Assembly (NCBI RefSeq): GCF_009914755.1
Contig: NC_060947.1
Strand: one strand, 5' to 3'
Length of the DNA: 64,000 nucleotides
Source: the human T2T-CHM13v2.0 reference genome, Homo sapiens
Shown here in pieces: positions 61,690-64,000 of the stretch. Below the pieces are notes generated by a model. That model was not told where the DNA came from. It did no database searches and saw nothing but the letters and a program-made list of their open reading frames with translations. The translations under genes were made by a program, and so were the position numbers. The first letter of the stretch is position 1. The number at the start of each line of letters is the position of its first letter.

Positions 61690-64000
61690 TACTAGCAAAC
61701 CGAATCTAGCGTCATAGTAAAAGGATTTTACACAGCCACCAAGTGGGATTTATTCTGGTAAAGTTGGGTCAACATTCAAAAATTAATCAATGAAATAAGT
61801 CATATTAATATAATGAAAAAAGATCATTACAATCTCTATGCAGAAAAAGCATTTGGCATGAGAACACATGGACACATAGAGGAGAACAACACACGATGAG
61901 GCGTTTTGGAGGGTGGAGGGCAGGAGGAGGGAGAGGATCAAGAAAATAACTAATAAGTACTACGCTTAATACCTGGGTGATGAAATAGTCTGTACAATAA
62001 ACTCCCATGACACGTTTACCTATGTAACAAACCTGCACTTATACCCCTGAACTTAAAATAGAAGTTAAAAAAAGGCATTTTGCAAAATTTAGCACCCTTT
62101 CATGATTAAAACAATGAACTAAGGATTAGAGGGGATCTTCCTATGCCTGGCAAAGGATATTTATGAAAAATCGGCAGCTAACATCATATATCATAGCATT
62201 TTAGGTGACAGAAACTTCAATGAGATATTACCTCATGCTCATTATGATGCTCATTATGATGGATACGATAACAAAACAAAACATAAACAAATAAAAAAAA
62301 GAAAGTGACAAGTATTAATTAGAATGTGGGGAAACTGGAACTCTTGTACATTTCTGGTGAGTATATAAAGTATGTAAAACAATGCATTTTATGGAAAATA
62401 ATGTGGCAGTTTCTCAGAAAAATTAACATAGAATTATGGCATGATCTAGCAATTATAATTCTGGGTATACGCCCACAGAAGTGAAAGCAGGGACAAGTAG
62501 GTATTTGTGCAACAGCATTATTCACAATAGTCAAAAGTTAGCAATAACTCAAATATCCATCAACTGATTAATGAATAAACAAAAATTTATATATACATAC
62601 AGTGAAACACTATTCTGCCTTAAAAAGAATGGAAATCATGTCCTTTGCAGCAACATAGATGCAGCTGGAGGTTGTTATTCTTAAGCGAATTAATGCAGAA
62701 ACAGAAAATTAAATACCGCATGTTCTCACTTATAAGTGGGAGCTAAACATTGAGTACATATGAACATAAATATGGGAGAAATGGACACTGGGGACTTCTG
62801 GAGGGGGAAGGGAGGGAGGGGAGTAAAAGCGAGAGACTGCCTAATGGGTGTTGTGCTCACTGTCTAGGTGATGGGATCATCCATACCCCAAATCTCAGCA
62901 TCACATAGTGTTCCCATGAGACAGACCTGCACATTTACTCCCTGAATCTAAAATAAAAGTTGAAATTATTTTTTAAAAATCATTCTGATTATTTTTCAAA
63001 AACTGAAATTCTAATACATGTTACAACATGGATGAATGTTGAAGAAATTATGCTAAGTTAAATAAATTATACAAAAAAAGGACAAATATTGTATGATTCC
63101 ATTTACATGATGTACCTAGAGGAGTCAAATTAATACAGGCAGAAAGTATAATAGTGATTATCTGGAGCTAAGAAGGGGAGAAAATGGGGCTTTATTGTTA
63201 TTATAATAAAAAATGCATTTCTAAAAGAAATTCAAGCAGAGGTAAATAAATGGAAAGATATCCTGTGTTCCTGGATTGGAAGACTTAATATTTTTTAAAT
63301 GGTAATACTCCCCAAAGCAATCTCCATATTCAATGCAATCGCTATCAAAATCCCTACAGCTTTTTTTCTTTTTCTTTTCTTTTTTCTTTTTTTTTTTTTT
63401 TTTTTGCAGAAATAGAAACACTAATTGTAAACGTTAGATATAATAGCAAGGGACCCTGCATAGTCAAAACAATCTTGAAAATGAAGAACAAAGTTCAAGG
63501 ACTAATAGGTTCTGATTTCAAATCTTAGCATAAAGCTACAGTAATCAAAAATAAAGCTACAGTAATCAAATATGTATAGTACTTTCATAAGGATAAAAAG
63601 CTTACAGTAATCAAATATGTGTAGTACTTTCATAAGGATAGACATATAGACCAACAAAATAAAAAAGAAGCTCCAGAACTAAACCCCATACATCTATGGT
63701 CAGTTGATTTTTGACAAGTGTGCTAAGACTATACAATGGGGTAAGAATAGTCTCTTCAGTAAATGCTGTTGGGAAAACTGGATTTCCACATGCACAAGAA
63801 TGAAGTTGGATCCTTAGCTCAAAGCATATAAGAAATAACTCAAAATGGATGAAAGACCTGAATATAAGAGCTAAAGCTATAAAACTCAAACATTTTCATT
63901 ACTTTGGATTTCACATTTTTAAAAATATGACGCCAAAGTACAAGAAACAAAGAAAACATCAATTAATTGGAACTCATCAAAATAAATTTTTTATGCTTCA

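Overview
Primate (almost certainly human, chrX Xq21) genomic DNA. The only protein-coding feature is the first coding exon of KLHL4 (kelch-like 4; ATG at 12889, phase-2 donor AG|GTAAGA after 13310, + strand), recognised from memory of the protein sequence. It sits in a ~4.6 kb repeat-poor, CpG-poor island and is followed by >50 kb of intron 1; I found no exon 2. The rest is AT-rich and dominated by interspersed repeats: L1 of many ages, Alu, MLT2/MSTA/THE1 LTR elements, Tigger/MER/Charlie DNA transposons, MIR and L2. Subfamily calls are by eye and need RepeatMasker confirmation. I see no new gene system; all long ORFs apart from KLHL4 are L1 ORF2 fragments. The most notable structures are: (1) a 5'-inverted younger L1 nested inside the inverted arm of a 5'-inverted older L1 (24995-28731), with both TSD pairs readable, creating a ~1.3 kb fold-back in the KLHL4 pre-mRNA and carrying an apparent older-subfamily conversion patch; (2) a sense MLT2A LTR with TATA, DUX4-like motif and splice donor 3 kb upstream of a candidate acceptor in KLHL4 exon 1; (3) several templated-insertion and fold-back repair scars.
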